Source: a virus. From it: a stretch of DNA of 64,000 nucleotides. The notes beneath the pieces were generated by a model. That model saw nothing but the letters and a program-made list of their open reading frames with translations, ran no database searches and was not told the origin of the DNA. Shown one piece after another: positions 1 through 9,564 of the stretch (positions are counted from its first letter, which is position 1; each line of letters opens with the position of its first letter). A program made the position numbers and the translations under genes. The stretch lies in the IMG/VR virus record IMGVR_UViG_3300025697_000014, positions 20,952 to 84,951 of that record; one strand, given 5' to 3'.

Positions 1-3000
1 GACCAACCCCATGCTTCTTGAGCTGCTTGTCCACTTGCCAGTACGTTTAGCTGACGTTGTGATTGAGCAGCAAGAATATCGCCACCTCCACCGCCAACAC
101 CACCAGAATCAACCGGCCCAGCCATTCCGGCCATTCTGAAGTCACGGAATGCAGATTGTCCATAGGCTGGTATACCCTCTTTGAAGGCAGGACCTACTGC
201 TGTGCGCCATGCAGCCTTAACCATCGCACCTTGTGGGCTGAACGGTGAGAAGAGCCGTTTGATACCGGTTGCTGCGCCAAGCCACCACTGATCACCATCG
301 GCAGCTGCTCCGTCTCCACCACCTCCGCCTCCCCCTCCTCCCATCATGCCCATCGACATCTGGAAGTCTTTGCTTCCAACAAAGCCGCTCAACCCAGCTA
401 CGCCACCTATACCAAATGCTTCCTTTGATAGACGAGTGATGTCACCCATGGCGGTCTTGTCAACCATTGTGGCGATCATCTCTTGCTCGGCTTTGGTTGT
501 ATCGCTCGTGGCACTATTGAGTGCTCTACGGCTTCCGATGAGATTCTGTGTCACCTCTGCAAGCTCTGACTCTACATCAGCCATATTACGTGGCACAGCG
601 CCCGTGGACACACCACTAGCTTTACCACGCTCTCTGTAGGTACGTGCTACTCCCTGTGCTTCCTGGATCGCCCTGTTGCTGGTGTCACCTATGCCAACCG
701 CAGCACCTGCCTCGTCTAGCCTAGCACTGGCATACGAGAAGTCTGTACCGCGTGTAGCCTGGGCTAGATTGCCGAACGCCTCTCTGAATTGAGTGGTGTC
801 CATTCCAGAGGCTTTCATATCTTTCATCAGCTGATCAGCAGCATCTCTATAGCCTCGCTCTAGACCACGAGGGCCGCTAACATCACTGGCAACTCTCTTG
901 ACAGCAGTAAGATAGCTTCCTAGACTACTAGCAGCTTGCATCTCGGCCTTGGTGCTAGGTGTACCACCAGACAGAGCTGACTGATACGCACTCTTCATTC
1001 TATCTAGGTTCTCTTGATCTCCACCAAGAATGCCTACAGATTCAAGAGCTGACTGTGATACTTGCCCTTTGACCATTCGGGTATAGCTAGTTGTCTGACC
1101 TGCTACAGTTGTTGCCTGACTAAATGGAACAGACTCACCACCCGCAAACTGTTTCATATCGCCAAGAATTGCTTGTGCTCTTCGGTTCAGTACAGCTTGT
1201 CCAGTTGCTGATGGGTTCTGCGCAGACGGATCTGCAGCAGCAGAAGCAGTTGATCCTGTACCACCACCACCACCACTGCCAGATGCCCCCTGATCTTGTA
1301 TGTACTTGAGGTACCTGTTCTGGCCCTGGTCACCTAGAGTCATTCCCATAGACTCTGAGTAGGCGTTGACATTGCGTGCGGCTTCCATATCGTTAGCTTG
1401 TACTGCTCTAGTATGAGCAGCACGTAGAGGACGCTGTCTCCAATCGCTTTCGGCACTAGTAACATTTTCGTGTGATGCTTGAACCATCCTACCAAACGCA
1501 GCCTTCTCAGAGCCTGGATCGTTAGGGTCGTATGGATAATCAGCTAGCACTGTCCTACGTACGTCTTCAAAGCGGTCACCCGATACTGCCTGCTGTAGTT
1601 GTGGTCCTATCATAGTAGCCTTCTCCTCTTGGCTCATGGCAGACACTAACCTATCCACCACACTCTCTCGTTTACTCCTTTGCGCAAAGTTCGTCGCTTG
1701 AAGCAGTCCCGGGTATTCAGTGGATTCGTCCGTGGGTAATACGCCCATCGAGCGCAGTACCTCTGTATCTGTTTCTGCGCGTAAGGATGACAGCATGCCA
1801 CCCTCAATCATTGTACCTGTTACCTTAGCAAATTCACCGGCACCAATAGCTTGTTTGCCCCTACCCCTGCTTAGTAGACTCCTGTATGTGCGTGCGGCAC
1901 TTCCCTTCTCGACCATGCCCGTACCCCATTCATCGAGGTTCTCTGCCCACTCAGGATCTTCCCCGGCGGCTTTAGCATAACCAGAAGCGACGACAGCTGT
2001 TAGCCATGGAGCAGTACTGATTACTTCACGCTGTGTCTTGCCTGCGCCAATAGCTCTAACGAGTTCTGATGTCTTTGCACCAGACTCATATAGACCGGCA
2101 ACCTCTTCAAAGTTCTTGTCGCCGGTGCCAATGAACATACCAGCAAAGACACCCCCACTCATCGAGATCTCTTCACTCTGACCAAGCTCTCTCATCAAGC
2201 CTACTTCAGACGAGAGTAGATCCCTGACAAAGCCTGGTCCTTCTCCACGAGCAAAGCCACGAGTCTTGACGTTATAGCTGCTAAGATGTCTTGCTAACTC
2301 GTCAGCTGCTTTAGGCAAAGTACGAGCGTCTACAGATAGCCCATATAGAGGACCAGCTACCTGAGTAATCATATCCTCTGATATACGCATGGCACGAGCT
2401 TGCTGCGATGTACCAGCTGCCTGAGCCTCGATACCCATTGGAATAGCACGTCTGAACGCTTGGAACAAGGGACCAATACGTCCCATACGTTCCTCAATAG
2501 CAAAGGACTCTTCTCCGAACTTAGCTAGGGATGTGGACTGTAGCATACCCGCTGCGTATTTGTATGCTTCTTCCGCACTCCTTGGAGCATTAGCGATCTT
2601 TCTCTTTGTCTTAGCAAGCTCACCAGAACGCGCAGCCATACCCGCTACCGCTCTGTTAAGCTCTGCTTGCGTCCTTGGCATTTGGGAAGCAAGGCCCGCA
2701 TCAATATCCACAGGATCATCGTCCTTATCGCCCTCGTGTGCTTCAGCGAAACGAGAGGATACACTAGCTGGCACCATACTCGACTCTGCTAATGTAACTG
2801 GTCTACCAAGTGCGCTACCAAGTTGCTTGAGTGTCTGAGGACGAAGTCTTGTCTGTGAGTGTAGAGGGCTTGCCGATGGATACCTGAGAGCAAAGACATC
2901 CGGGATCATCTCGGTCTCACCCATCAACATAGCACGAGCAGCTTCGGCAGGAGTCTTGAATTCCTCACGTAGCCTGTCGCCACCAAAGTCTTCTTTACCC

Positions 3001-5177
3001 CAGATCTCGCTAACCAAACCGGTGAGACGGCGTTCTGGAATCCACATCTGCCCTGGTGCTAGACCTGGTAGGGCCTGTATCTTACCACCAAAGCCAGGTG
3101 CTCTACCACCCATAGCAGCTTGACGTATTCCAGCACTAGATGTTTGCTTTGCAAGCTCTGTTTCGTATGATCCAACAGCTTCCATAGCCTCCGCAAGAGA
3201 CTGTGGGTCTTGTAGAAGCTCGTTCTGCGCAATCTTACCGAACATCTCTGGAATCATTCTTGAGAGGCCAGAAACCCTCTGTTCTACATCGTCGCGTCCA
3301 AACCTCCGCATTACATCACCAGGGTTGGGTACAATCAATGGCCCACTTCTGCCGTACCTGTCTGGTAGACTGAGTCTGATACCAGAGGTGCCAGTGTACT
3401 CATCGAGAATAGCCATCGTCTGAGCTTCTACACCGTAGGCATTAGCATCTTCTTTGAGGCCGAGCTGGTTAGCTTCTGTTGCTCTATCGGCAGCTTCTGC
3501 CTGGATAGCAGACCAGTCACCGAGTATTTCGTTCCCTGAGACAGTCTTATAGTACGGGGCTTGCCCGTGCATAGCTGCTGACGCACCTAGTATTGATGCT
3601 GCTGTTGCCCTTGAGTCTATGCTAGCGTGTCTTATTGCGGAAACGCGGTCCTCGTCATGCATGCTAATGTCAGACATAACTTCTGGTGATACATAGCGAG
3701 AGTCAAACTGAAAGATTCCTCTTGGTTGCTCTCCGAGGTTCTCGTATATTCCAAAGCCAGTGAACTTGACCTGCGCCCGTCGCATTCCCTCTTCTGTTAT
3801 CTCTGAGCCAGGTACAATGCTTGCAAGACCCGCATCCCTCAAGGCTTGGATATGAGGATCGGGGTTGTTCGTAGGACCAAGGTATGCCTGTTGGGTAAAG
3901 GAGTATTGTGCAATACGGCCCTGTTCGCTCAGACCTTTCCACAAGCCTCTGACCTCTTTCTGGCCAAGCTCCTTTGGAGCGTAGCCAAGAACGTCAGTGA
4001 ATTGCTTGGGAGTCCATGTAGAGGTCACAGCAGCCATAGCTAGAGCTGCTTCGTTGACCTGTGTAATGTGAGCGGGTTGGATAGACCTTCCACCAAAGGT
4101 AACGTCCCAATCCTGCATTGTGGGATCTGCGACAGCTACTGTCTTCGAGCCAAGCCCCTTCATAGAGAAGGGATCTTTAGACATGCCCTCATATTCAATG
4201 ACGAGGTTATTTCTATCAAAGCCGTAGTTCTGGATTCTAACTTGGTCCTGATTCTTGATACGGGTGGAGATTCCAGGCGCAATATTGAGCATACCGCTGG
4301 CGTCTAGATCAATGACATCACCGACGTTAAACTCAGGAGTGAACCCCTCGCGCTGCATCTCTGAAGGTACTGGAATGTTAGCGTACTTATTGGTTAAGAT
4401 ACCACCGGTTTGCATAAGGTCGATTTGTGACTGGCCCTCTGGTAACACAGAGCCGCCGATCATCATAAGCGTAGGAACGTTCTGGGTAGTCCTTATGTCT
4501 AGAGAGGCTTGCTCTAAAGGAAGATTCGCGAAGTGTCCGAATGTTTGCTCAGCGATGGCCTTCTTCTGTCTAGTTGCAGCCTTACCTAGATCTGAGCCAA
4601 AGAATATCTCGTCTCCCCTTACATCAATACCAGGAATCCTACCAAGCCGTGACGTTGGCATGATAAGAGAACCCATACGAGTTTGGGTTGATGGATCGTA
4701 TTGTTCACCGTAGTTAAACTGACTACCCTCTAGGTGGCTGATGTCAGGGGGTAGCTGTCGATACATAGCACGCATCTGGCTTGTGCCGTGTGTCCAAGCC
4801 CAAGGATCAACAGAGCCTCGTTGTACCATCTCACCAGGTGCTGTATGCTGACCCTGGACCCTTACCTGAAACGGGGTACCGAATTGTTTCTGCGCAGCAG
4901 CTTGGACTTCTCCAAGAGTAGCTTGCCCGATGGTCATTGGAGAACTACCACCACCGATCTCAGTGCTGCCAAAACGAGAAACGACCTCGCCGCCCACAGT
5001 TGTGTAGTGAGCGGTAGGGCCGTATAGATCTTCTAGATATCCACGCGCCATACCGATGTCAACGCCGTATCTGCGTGTAGTAGCAGCAGCAAAGTTTCTA
5101 GCTTCTTCGGTTTGCCACGCTTCGTCAGGTGTTAGATCTTGTAGAGGAATAGAGTTACGCGAACGACCAACAGCCAT
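1..5177 (-). CDS. Tape measure protein with N-terminal two-barrel (DPBB) RNA polymerase-like domain; 3'-truncated by window edge (>1725 aa)
   Basis: ATG at 5177 overlaps the upstream stop (TAATG). The frame is open wherever I translated it (MAVGRSRNSIPLQDL...) and the ORF track lists no stop-terminated ORF in it. It lies directly after tail tube and chaperones. Beta'-like motifs GIRQAAMGGRAPG...GQMWIP, RYP and GDKDDD; Ala/Gly-rich distal part. Confidence 0.8.
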   Translation of the reverse strand, partial: MAVGRSRNSIPLQDLTPDEAWQTEEARNFAAATTRRYGVDIGMARGYLEDLYGPTAHYTTVGGEVVSRFGSTEIGGGSSPMTIGQATLGEVQAAAQKQFGTPFQVRVQGQHTAPGEMVQRGSVDPWAWTHGTSQMRAMYRQLPPDISHLEGSQFNYGEQYDPSTQTRMGSLIMPTSRLGRIPGIDVRGDEIFFGSDLGKAATRQKKAIAEQTFGHFANLPLEQASLDIRTTQNVPTLMMIGGSVLPEGQSQIDLMQTGGILTNKYANIPVPSEMQREGFTPEFNVGDVIDLDASGMLNIAPGISTRIKNQDQVRIQNYGFDRNNLVIEYEGMSKDPFSMKGLGSKTVAVADPTMQDWDVTFGGRSIQPAHITQVNEAALAMAAVTSTWTPKQFTDVLGYAPKELGQKEVRGLWKGLSEQGRIAQYSFTQQAYLGPTNNPDPHIQALRDAGLASIVPGSEITEEGMRRAQVKFTGFGIYENLGEQPRGIFQFDSRYVSPEVMSDISMHDEDRVSAIRHASIDSRATAASILGASAAMHGQAPYYKTVSGNEILGDWSAIQAEAADRATEANQLGLKEDANAYGVEAQTMAILDEYTGTSGIRLSLPDRYGRSGPLIVPNPGDVMRRFGRDDVEQRVSGLSRMIPEMFGKIAQNELLQDPQSLAEAMEAVGSYETELAKQTSSAGIRQAAMGGRAPGFGGKIQALPGLAPGQMWIPERRLTGLVSEIWGKEDFGGDRLREEFKTPAEAARAMLMGETEMIPDVFALRYPSASPLHSQTRLRPQTLKQLGSALGRPVTLAESSMVPASVSSRFAEAHEGDKDDDPVDIDAGLASQMPRTQAELNRAVAGMAARSGELAKTKRKIANAPRSAEEAYKYAAGMLQSTSLAKFGEESFAIEERMGRIGPLFQAFRRAIPMGIEAQAAGTSQQARAMRISEDMITQVAGPLYGLSVDARTLPKAADELARHLSSYNVKTRGFARGEGPGFVRDLLSSEVGLMRELGQSEEISMSGGVFAGMFIGTGDKNFEEVAGLYESGAKTSELVRAIGAGKTQREVISTAPWLTAVVASGYAKAAGEDPEWAENLDEWGTGMVEKGSAARTYRSLLSRGRGKQAIGAGEFAKVTGTMIEGGMLSSLRAETDTEVLRSMGVLPTDESTEYPGLLQATNFAQRSKRESVVDRLVSAMSQEEKATMIGPQLQQAVSGDRFEDVRRTVLADYPYDPNDPGSEKAAFGRMVQASHENVTSAESDWRQRPLRAAHTRAVQANDMEAARNVNAYSESMGMTLGDQGQNRYLKYIQDQGASGSGGGGGTGSTASAAADPSAQNPSATGQAVLNRRAQAILGDMKQFAGGESVPFSQATTVAGQTTSYTRMVKGQVSQSALESVGILGGDQENLDRMKSAYQSALSGGTPSTKAEMQAASSLGSYLTAVKRVASDVSGPRGLERGYRDAADQLMKDMKASGMDTTQFREAFGNLAQATRGTDFSYASARLDEAGAAVGIGDTSNRAIQEAQGVARTYRERGKASGVSTGAVPRNMADVESELAEVTQNLIGSRRALNSATSDTTKAEQEMIATMVDKTAMGDITRLSKEAFGIGGVAGLSGFVGSKDFQMSMGMMGGGGGGGGGDGAAADGDQWWLGAATGIKRLFSPFSPQGAMVKAAWRTAVGPAFKEGIPAYGQSAFRDFRMAGMAGPVDSGGVGGGGGDILAAQSQRQLNVLASGQAAQEAWGW

Positions 5178-5467
5178 TATTTTCCTCCGCTAGAAAGCAA
5201 GTCCCTAATATCGGTAATGGCATTAAGAAAGAGCTTCTTCTCATCAATCTCCCGCTGACTACGCTCCATTTTCTCTCCGATAGCAGCAGCGGAAATGTCT
5301 CTCATAAACGAACGGGGCTGGTCTGTCCAGCCCCCTCCATTTGGTAGTCCATAAGAATCAACGTATCGTTTCCAGTAGAGGGAGTCGGGAACAGTCTCAA
5401 ATTGCTGTAGTCCACCCTTGCCATCTGGTAGTGGATCACCGTGCTCCCAACAACAGAAGGCGAACAC
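5177..5467 (-). CDS. Tail assembly chaperone, downstream (gpT-like) part; probably reached by frameshift
   Basis: Between chaperone and TMP. Frame is open upstream to about 5536, across the chaperone stop; GTG start has only a 3-nt SD spacing. Confidence 0.6.
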   Translation of the reverse strand: MFAFCCWEHGDPLPDGKGGLQQFETVPDSLYWKRYVDSYGLPNGGGWTDQPRSFMRDISAAAIGEKMERSQREIDEKKLFLNAITDIRDLLSSGGK

Positions 5468-5510
5468 ATTCTCCTCAATCTCTTTGAGCCTCCGTCTGTG
5501 TTCCTTATGG

Positions 5511-5981
5511 TCAAAACGTGGTTGCCCAGTGTGGGGCTACCTCTAGCGTCCTGATGTACCAGAAATCGATAACTGGTGTAGGAACAAGCGCGATCATCTT
5601 AGCGAAATCACCACGACTCATGTTACCGTTCTGGTCGAAGGCAATCTCGTCAAACAGGACCTCTTTGTGTTCCTTGTCCCATAGCAAACGTCCGTCGTCA
5701 TCTCTGCGAGGGACGGAAATTTCCAAGTCAGTTCCACCAAAGCATAGGTAGATTTCGTGCTGGATTGTACTCAAGTACCTGTCACCGTCCTCGCGAACAG
5801 TCGCCATGTGCTCCCTACGAGCACGATCTGTGCCGAATGTTGGAGGAACAATACGCACCCAGACATTGCTTAGCGCCGGGTATGGATTCTCCCAGTCCTT
5901 GATAGGCTCTCCAAGAGAGTCCTTTGGATGCTGGATGAGCTTCACTTCCTGCGGATAAAAGTCGCTGATCTTGACAGACAT
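5511..5981 (-). CDS. Tail assembly chaperone (gpG-like)
   Basis: 156 aa, GAGGA RBS, canonical position after tail tube gene. Confidence 0.6.
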   Translation of the reverse strand: MSVKISDFYPQEVKLIQHPKDSLGEPIKDWENPYPALSNVWVRIVPPTFGTDRARREHMATVREDGDRYLSTIQHEIYLCFGGTDLEISVPRRDDDGRLLWDKEHKEVLFDEIAFDQNGNMSRGDFAKMIALVPTPVIDFWYIRTLEVAPHWATTF

Positions 5982-6011
5982 GCTGTCCTCCTATTCCCCC
6001 TAAGATAGATA

Positions 6012-6050
6012 AGAGAGGGGAGGAGAAGGAGGTGACCCCTCCCCCCTCTA
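6012..6050 (-). terminator. Hairpin / probable intrinsic terminator after tail tube gene
   Basis: On minus strand AGAGGGGGGAGGGG-tcac-CTCCTTCTCCTCCCCTCTC followed by TTATCT. Confidence 0.45.
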
Positions 6051-6055
6051 ACCCT

Positions 6056-7195
6056 TTATGCTGTATATGAAACGTATTCGGGAAGATCTGTGTACGCTGT
6101 CCCGTTGATGATCTTGATCGTTGCGTACGCTTCTGCTGTAGCCTGAACCGTAGCAACACCGCTGACACGCATGGTCAGATACCCTCCAGCAACCTGTGTG
6201 ATACCACCGGGGCACTGAAGATCGCAACTAGCCAGATTGAAGACAAGCTCCTGGTACTGGGTAGTAGACGTTCCAACTAGCGTGGGGCTTCTAAGCGTCA
6301 GTTCCAATGGCGCACTTAGCACAGTCGGAGACCATGCGTACGCATTGTGACCATGTCGATAGATAGCCCGAGCCAGCTTGGGGTCTTTCCACTTGTAGAC
6401 CATATCAAACGCGATTGTCTGAGACAGTAGCACCATATCATCCATCTGATAATCGCCAACCACAAGCTCGTTCACGATGTTGCTTCCCGAGAAGGTGTTA
6501 GTGACCATCATACGCATGGAAATCGTGGGTACTGTGAAGTCCAGACCTACTCCATCTCCCATATCTATTCCAGCTACAGCTTGGAGGATAGGTTTAGCAG
6601 ATGCAGGTGCAAGGACGATGGATGAAGTGTCCTCAAAGGCTGAGTTCATATCATCCGCCCAGCTGGAAGCGTCAGACGACCAGGATGAGCCGATACTGAG
6701 TAGAGCTAGCTCTAGGCCAGCTGGAGCCGCAGCTCCGATAGAGAAGACGCCAGATGCAATCTTCGCATCCGTCATAATCTCACCCTCGTTCTGAATGCCA
6801 CCGGCAGAGTTGGGGATGTATCTGCGAGCGGTTAGCCAGGGGTGTGTATAGATGTCTGTGCGCGGTGTGAAGGTCGTGGTATAGACACCCGCTGAAGTGC
6901 TGGTGGCGGCTGTTTGGACGCCACCCATCAGCATATAAATGAGATAGCCAATGTCTCCCTCAATGCGCGGATACATTGAAACTCGACCCGCGCCGACATT
7001 GTAGATCTTGTAGGACCCGCCTGGATGATAGCCACCCCCTACCTCGATAGGGAAGTTGCCCATCGCCTGTTGGTTACCAACGTTTGCAGACAACACCCTT
7101 ATCCGCTTAAAATCGGAGTCGGTGTCAATTGATGTTCCCTTTGCAGGCTGAACGGCGAATGCGAGTCCAATTCCTGTTGAAACTGGTTCAGTCAT
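6056..7195 (-). CDS. Major tail (tube) protein
   Basis: 379 aa, Thr/Gly/Ala-rich, N-terminal GLAFAVQPAKGT pattern, position before chaperones and TMP. Confidence 0.7.
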   Translation of the reverse strand: MTEPVSTGIGLAFAVQPAKGTSIDTDSDFKRIRVLSANVGNQQAMGNFPIEVGGGYHPGGSYKIYNVGAGRVSMYPRIEGDIGYLIYMLMGGVQTAATSTSAGVYTTTFTPRTDIYTHPWLTARRYIPNSAGGIQNEGEIMTDAKIASGVFSIGAAAPAGLELALLSIGSSWSSDASSWADDMNSAFEDTSSIVLAPASAKPILQAVAGIDMGDGVGLDFTVPTISMRMMVTNTFSGSNIVNELVVGDYQMDDMVLLSQTIAFDMVYKWKDPKLARAIYRHGHNAYAWSPTVLSAPLELTLRSPTLVGTSTTQYQELVFNLASCDLQCPGGITQVAGGYLTMRVSGVATVQATAEAYATIKIINGTAYTDLPEYVSYTA

Positions 7196-7197
7196 AG

Positions 7198-8259
7198 TTA
7201 GCTCCTAAGTACTTTCTTGTATGCATTTACCCAGTGAGTATAACCCGTAGCCATGTTATGATTATTGATGATATCAAGAAGTCCTCTGCGCTGAAGTTGT
7301 TTCCGTAAACGGTCGTCCTCAACTAGCTTCTTGATTGCGTCGTAATAGCCATCCACCGAATGTTTACAGATGAGGCCATTGCGCATGTGTCTTACTACTG
7401 GATTATACACTACACTGTCTGTTGCCACAACTGCAGCGCCACCAGTTGTGTGTCCTATCACTCGCTTTGCCGCCCACGCCTCCATTGCTTTGACCGCACT
7501 CTTACAATGATTGAAGGGATCGTCGGGATCGATAGCGCAGACCACGATATCCGCTTCTGCTAGCGTAGTTGGATATTGATTGTAGGGCTTTGATCCAATC
7601 AGGTCTACATGGAAGCCCTGTTCCACATAGTCCGGGTGATAACCAGCAACCAGCATACGAACATTCTGGTTCTCCAGTGTGAGCCGCTTGATTGCTTCTG
7701 CGGCAAATCGCCAATCTCCCTGGTGTGTCTTGGTACCAACAAGCAATACATTGATCGTATCGTTGTATTCGCGCTTGTGTCTCATAGACGCGCCAGCAAA
7801 GAATCGTACCTCTACATAGTTATTGATAACGTGTATGGGCTTGTCGCAGAACTCTAGCATACGATTCTTGAGAAACTCTGTTGTAACTGTGAGAGCGTCT
7901 ACGTATGGTAGGTATGGAATACTGCTTGCACCCTCTCCGTTACTTGTGTCACGATATACGTTGGAGAGATCGTCGTCTGTCTCGTATACGATCTTTGCTC
8001 CACGAGAGTGTAGCATTTCACAGTATTTCCTTGCCATCAAGAAGTCGTCCGTTATTGGACGAGATAGGACTATGATGTCTGATGTGAGCGCGACCTCAAG
8101 AGATTCGGGTGACATATTCATGGCATTGGTCTTTGCGTCGAACCAACTAGCCCAGTGTTTAGTTTTCTGATCGATGTAGTGTAGCGGTAGTGTTATTCGA
8201 TAGATGTGGATAGCCATGGGTACTTTCATAGCGCCACTTATGATACCTGTTACTCGCAT
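7198..8259 (-). CDS. Glycosyltransferase, GT-B fold (GT4-like)
   Basis: YETDDDL, FNHCKSAVKAME and NGLI motifs. True start probably ATG 8259 (AAGGAGGTG RBS, TGATG overlap). Confidence 0.8.
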   Translation of the reverse strand: MRVTGIISGAMKVPMAIHIYRITLPLHYIDQKTKHWASWFDAKTNAMNMSPESLEVALTSDIIVLSRPITDDFLMARKYCEMLHSRGAKIVYETDDDLSNVYRDTSNGEGASSIPYLPYVDALTVTTEFLKNRMLEFCDKPIHVINNYVEVRFFAGASMRHKREYNDTINVLLVGTKTHQGDWRFAAEAIKRLTLENQNVRMLVAGYHPDYVEQGFHVDLIGSKPYNQYPTTLAEADIVVCAIDPDDPFNHCKSAVKAMEAWAAKRVIGHTTGGAAVVATDSVVYNPVVRHMRNGLICKHSVDGYYDAIKKLVEDDRLRKQLQRRGLLDIINNHNMATGYTHWVNAYKKVLRS

Positions 8260-8954
8260 CACACCTCCTTGAATGTTGCGACCTCCAGATACAACTTCGT
8301 GTCCCATATGTAGTCATCTGTTGGACCACCGCGTCTGCGGCAGTGTGTGATAACAGGATAACATCGATACGGGCGTTCACCAAAGGAATCTACTATAGCT
8401 ACACCATCACTATCTAGCATCTTCCAGGCCCAGTCTTGCGGCATAGTAGTATATGAGGTTAGCATAGACTCTAAGAACGAGAGAGCAGCGCTGCCCAATC
8501 TTTCTACCTCGTCTCCTAGTTGATTAGACTCTAGGAAGAATGTAGTCATCTTGACCACAATCCGACGATGCATCATGTGTGAGCTACCAACCTCAAACAG
8601 GAATCCTGGGTCGTCTGCTTTCTGCGCGGAATCTAGCGACGTGTATATGCTGTGTCGCCAGTCTTCTACGTTCTCAAAGTCGTTACCGGCAACCTCGATG
8701 TATACCGAGGGTACTGCACTGTTCTTAGCTAGATTGAGCGTGTCCTCCTGGACTCGCCCCAAAGCAACAAGAGTAGGCCCAAAGATTCTCTCGGTGCCGT
8801 TCTTATCAGTGTATGTCAGTAGCTCTTCTAACTCGGTGGGACAGAAGGCAACCTGTGTCTGACTACCGTCGGTGGCATACTTATCCCCAAGCCATAAGGC
8901 CCGGATATGCGCCTTGATACTAGTAGTCAGTGCGTGAACTATTGAGCTTGTCAT
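8259..8954 (-). CDS. Putative tail terminator / head-tail completion protein
   Basis: Position only; 231 aa. Confidence 0.4.
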   Translation of the reverse strand: MTSSIVHALTTSIKAHIRALWLGDKYATDGSQTQVAFCPTELEELLTYTDKNGTERIFGPTLVALGRVQEDTLNLAKNSAVPSVYIEVAGNDFENVEDWRHSIYTSLDSAQKADDPGFLFEVGSSHMMHRRIVVKMTTFFLESNQLGDEVERLGSAALSFLESMLTSYTTMPQDWAWKMLDSDGVAIVDSFGERPYRCYPVITHCRRRGGPTDDYIWDTKLYLEVATFKEV

Positions 8955-9561
8955 ATTGTGGTGTCGCCCTTGAGTTGATTATGTCCCAGAACTGCTCAAT
9001 GTATCTCTTAGAGAGCTGTAGGATAGGTTGCTGCTCTGGGTTACCAGAGTCAACCCTCGTCCTAAAGTTACCGAGAAGAGCCATCTTACTAGCAAGGTCT
9101 TCCAGAGTCCGGCCAGCTGCGTATAGTTTTAAAGCTTCGTAGGCCCAGTCGGGTACGATAATGTTATCATCGTCATCCGTGACGACATTGTAGTAGGCAA
9201 CATAGTACACCTCATACTCATCGTCTTCAGGAATGGCTGGGCTAAAGTTGATGTACCCACTGGGCCATACGTAGTAACCTTCCTCTATGGGGCGGCCCGG
9301 GATGAAGTCAACCTTGTTGAGCCAGATATCATCTTCGGTGTCATAGACACCGTATATCTTCTCCTCAACCATGTTGCTTGGGACCTCGTGTGATGTAGTT
9401 TCGCCATCCCCAGTAATGGTCGACACCGACGATATACCCGTGTGCATCGACGCGAATAGTCGAAGGGCATCATTGAAGTTATCCATGATGCTATCGCCAT
9501 CCTCGGCGGTAGGGTCATTGATCTTGCGACCAATCTGTATTTTTAGTGTAGACCAAAGCAT
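8920..9561 (-). CDS. Putative head-tail adaptor
   Basis: Position after capsid gene; MLWSTLKIQIGRKINDP...NDAL N-terminus typical of adaptors. Confidence 0.5.
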   Translation of the reverse strand: MLWSTLKIQIGRKINDPTAEDGDSIMDNFNDALRLFASMHTGISSVSTITGDGETTSHEVPSNMVEEKIYGVYDTEDDIWLNKVDFIPGRPIEEGYYVWPSGYINFSPAIPEDDEYEVYYVAYYNVVTDDDDNIIVPDWAYEALKLYAAGRTLEDLASKMALLGNFRTRVDSGNPEQQPILQLSKRYIEQFWDIINSRATPQYDKLNSSRTDY

Positions 9562-9564
9562 CAG

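Noticed and set aside
5302-5514. -1 frame ORF as the chaperone frameshift product
   Set aside because: No X-XXY-YYZ slippery site, and it stops at 5302 without coupling to the TMP, unlike the +1 frame
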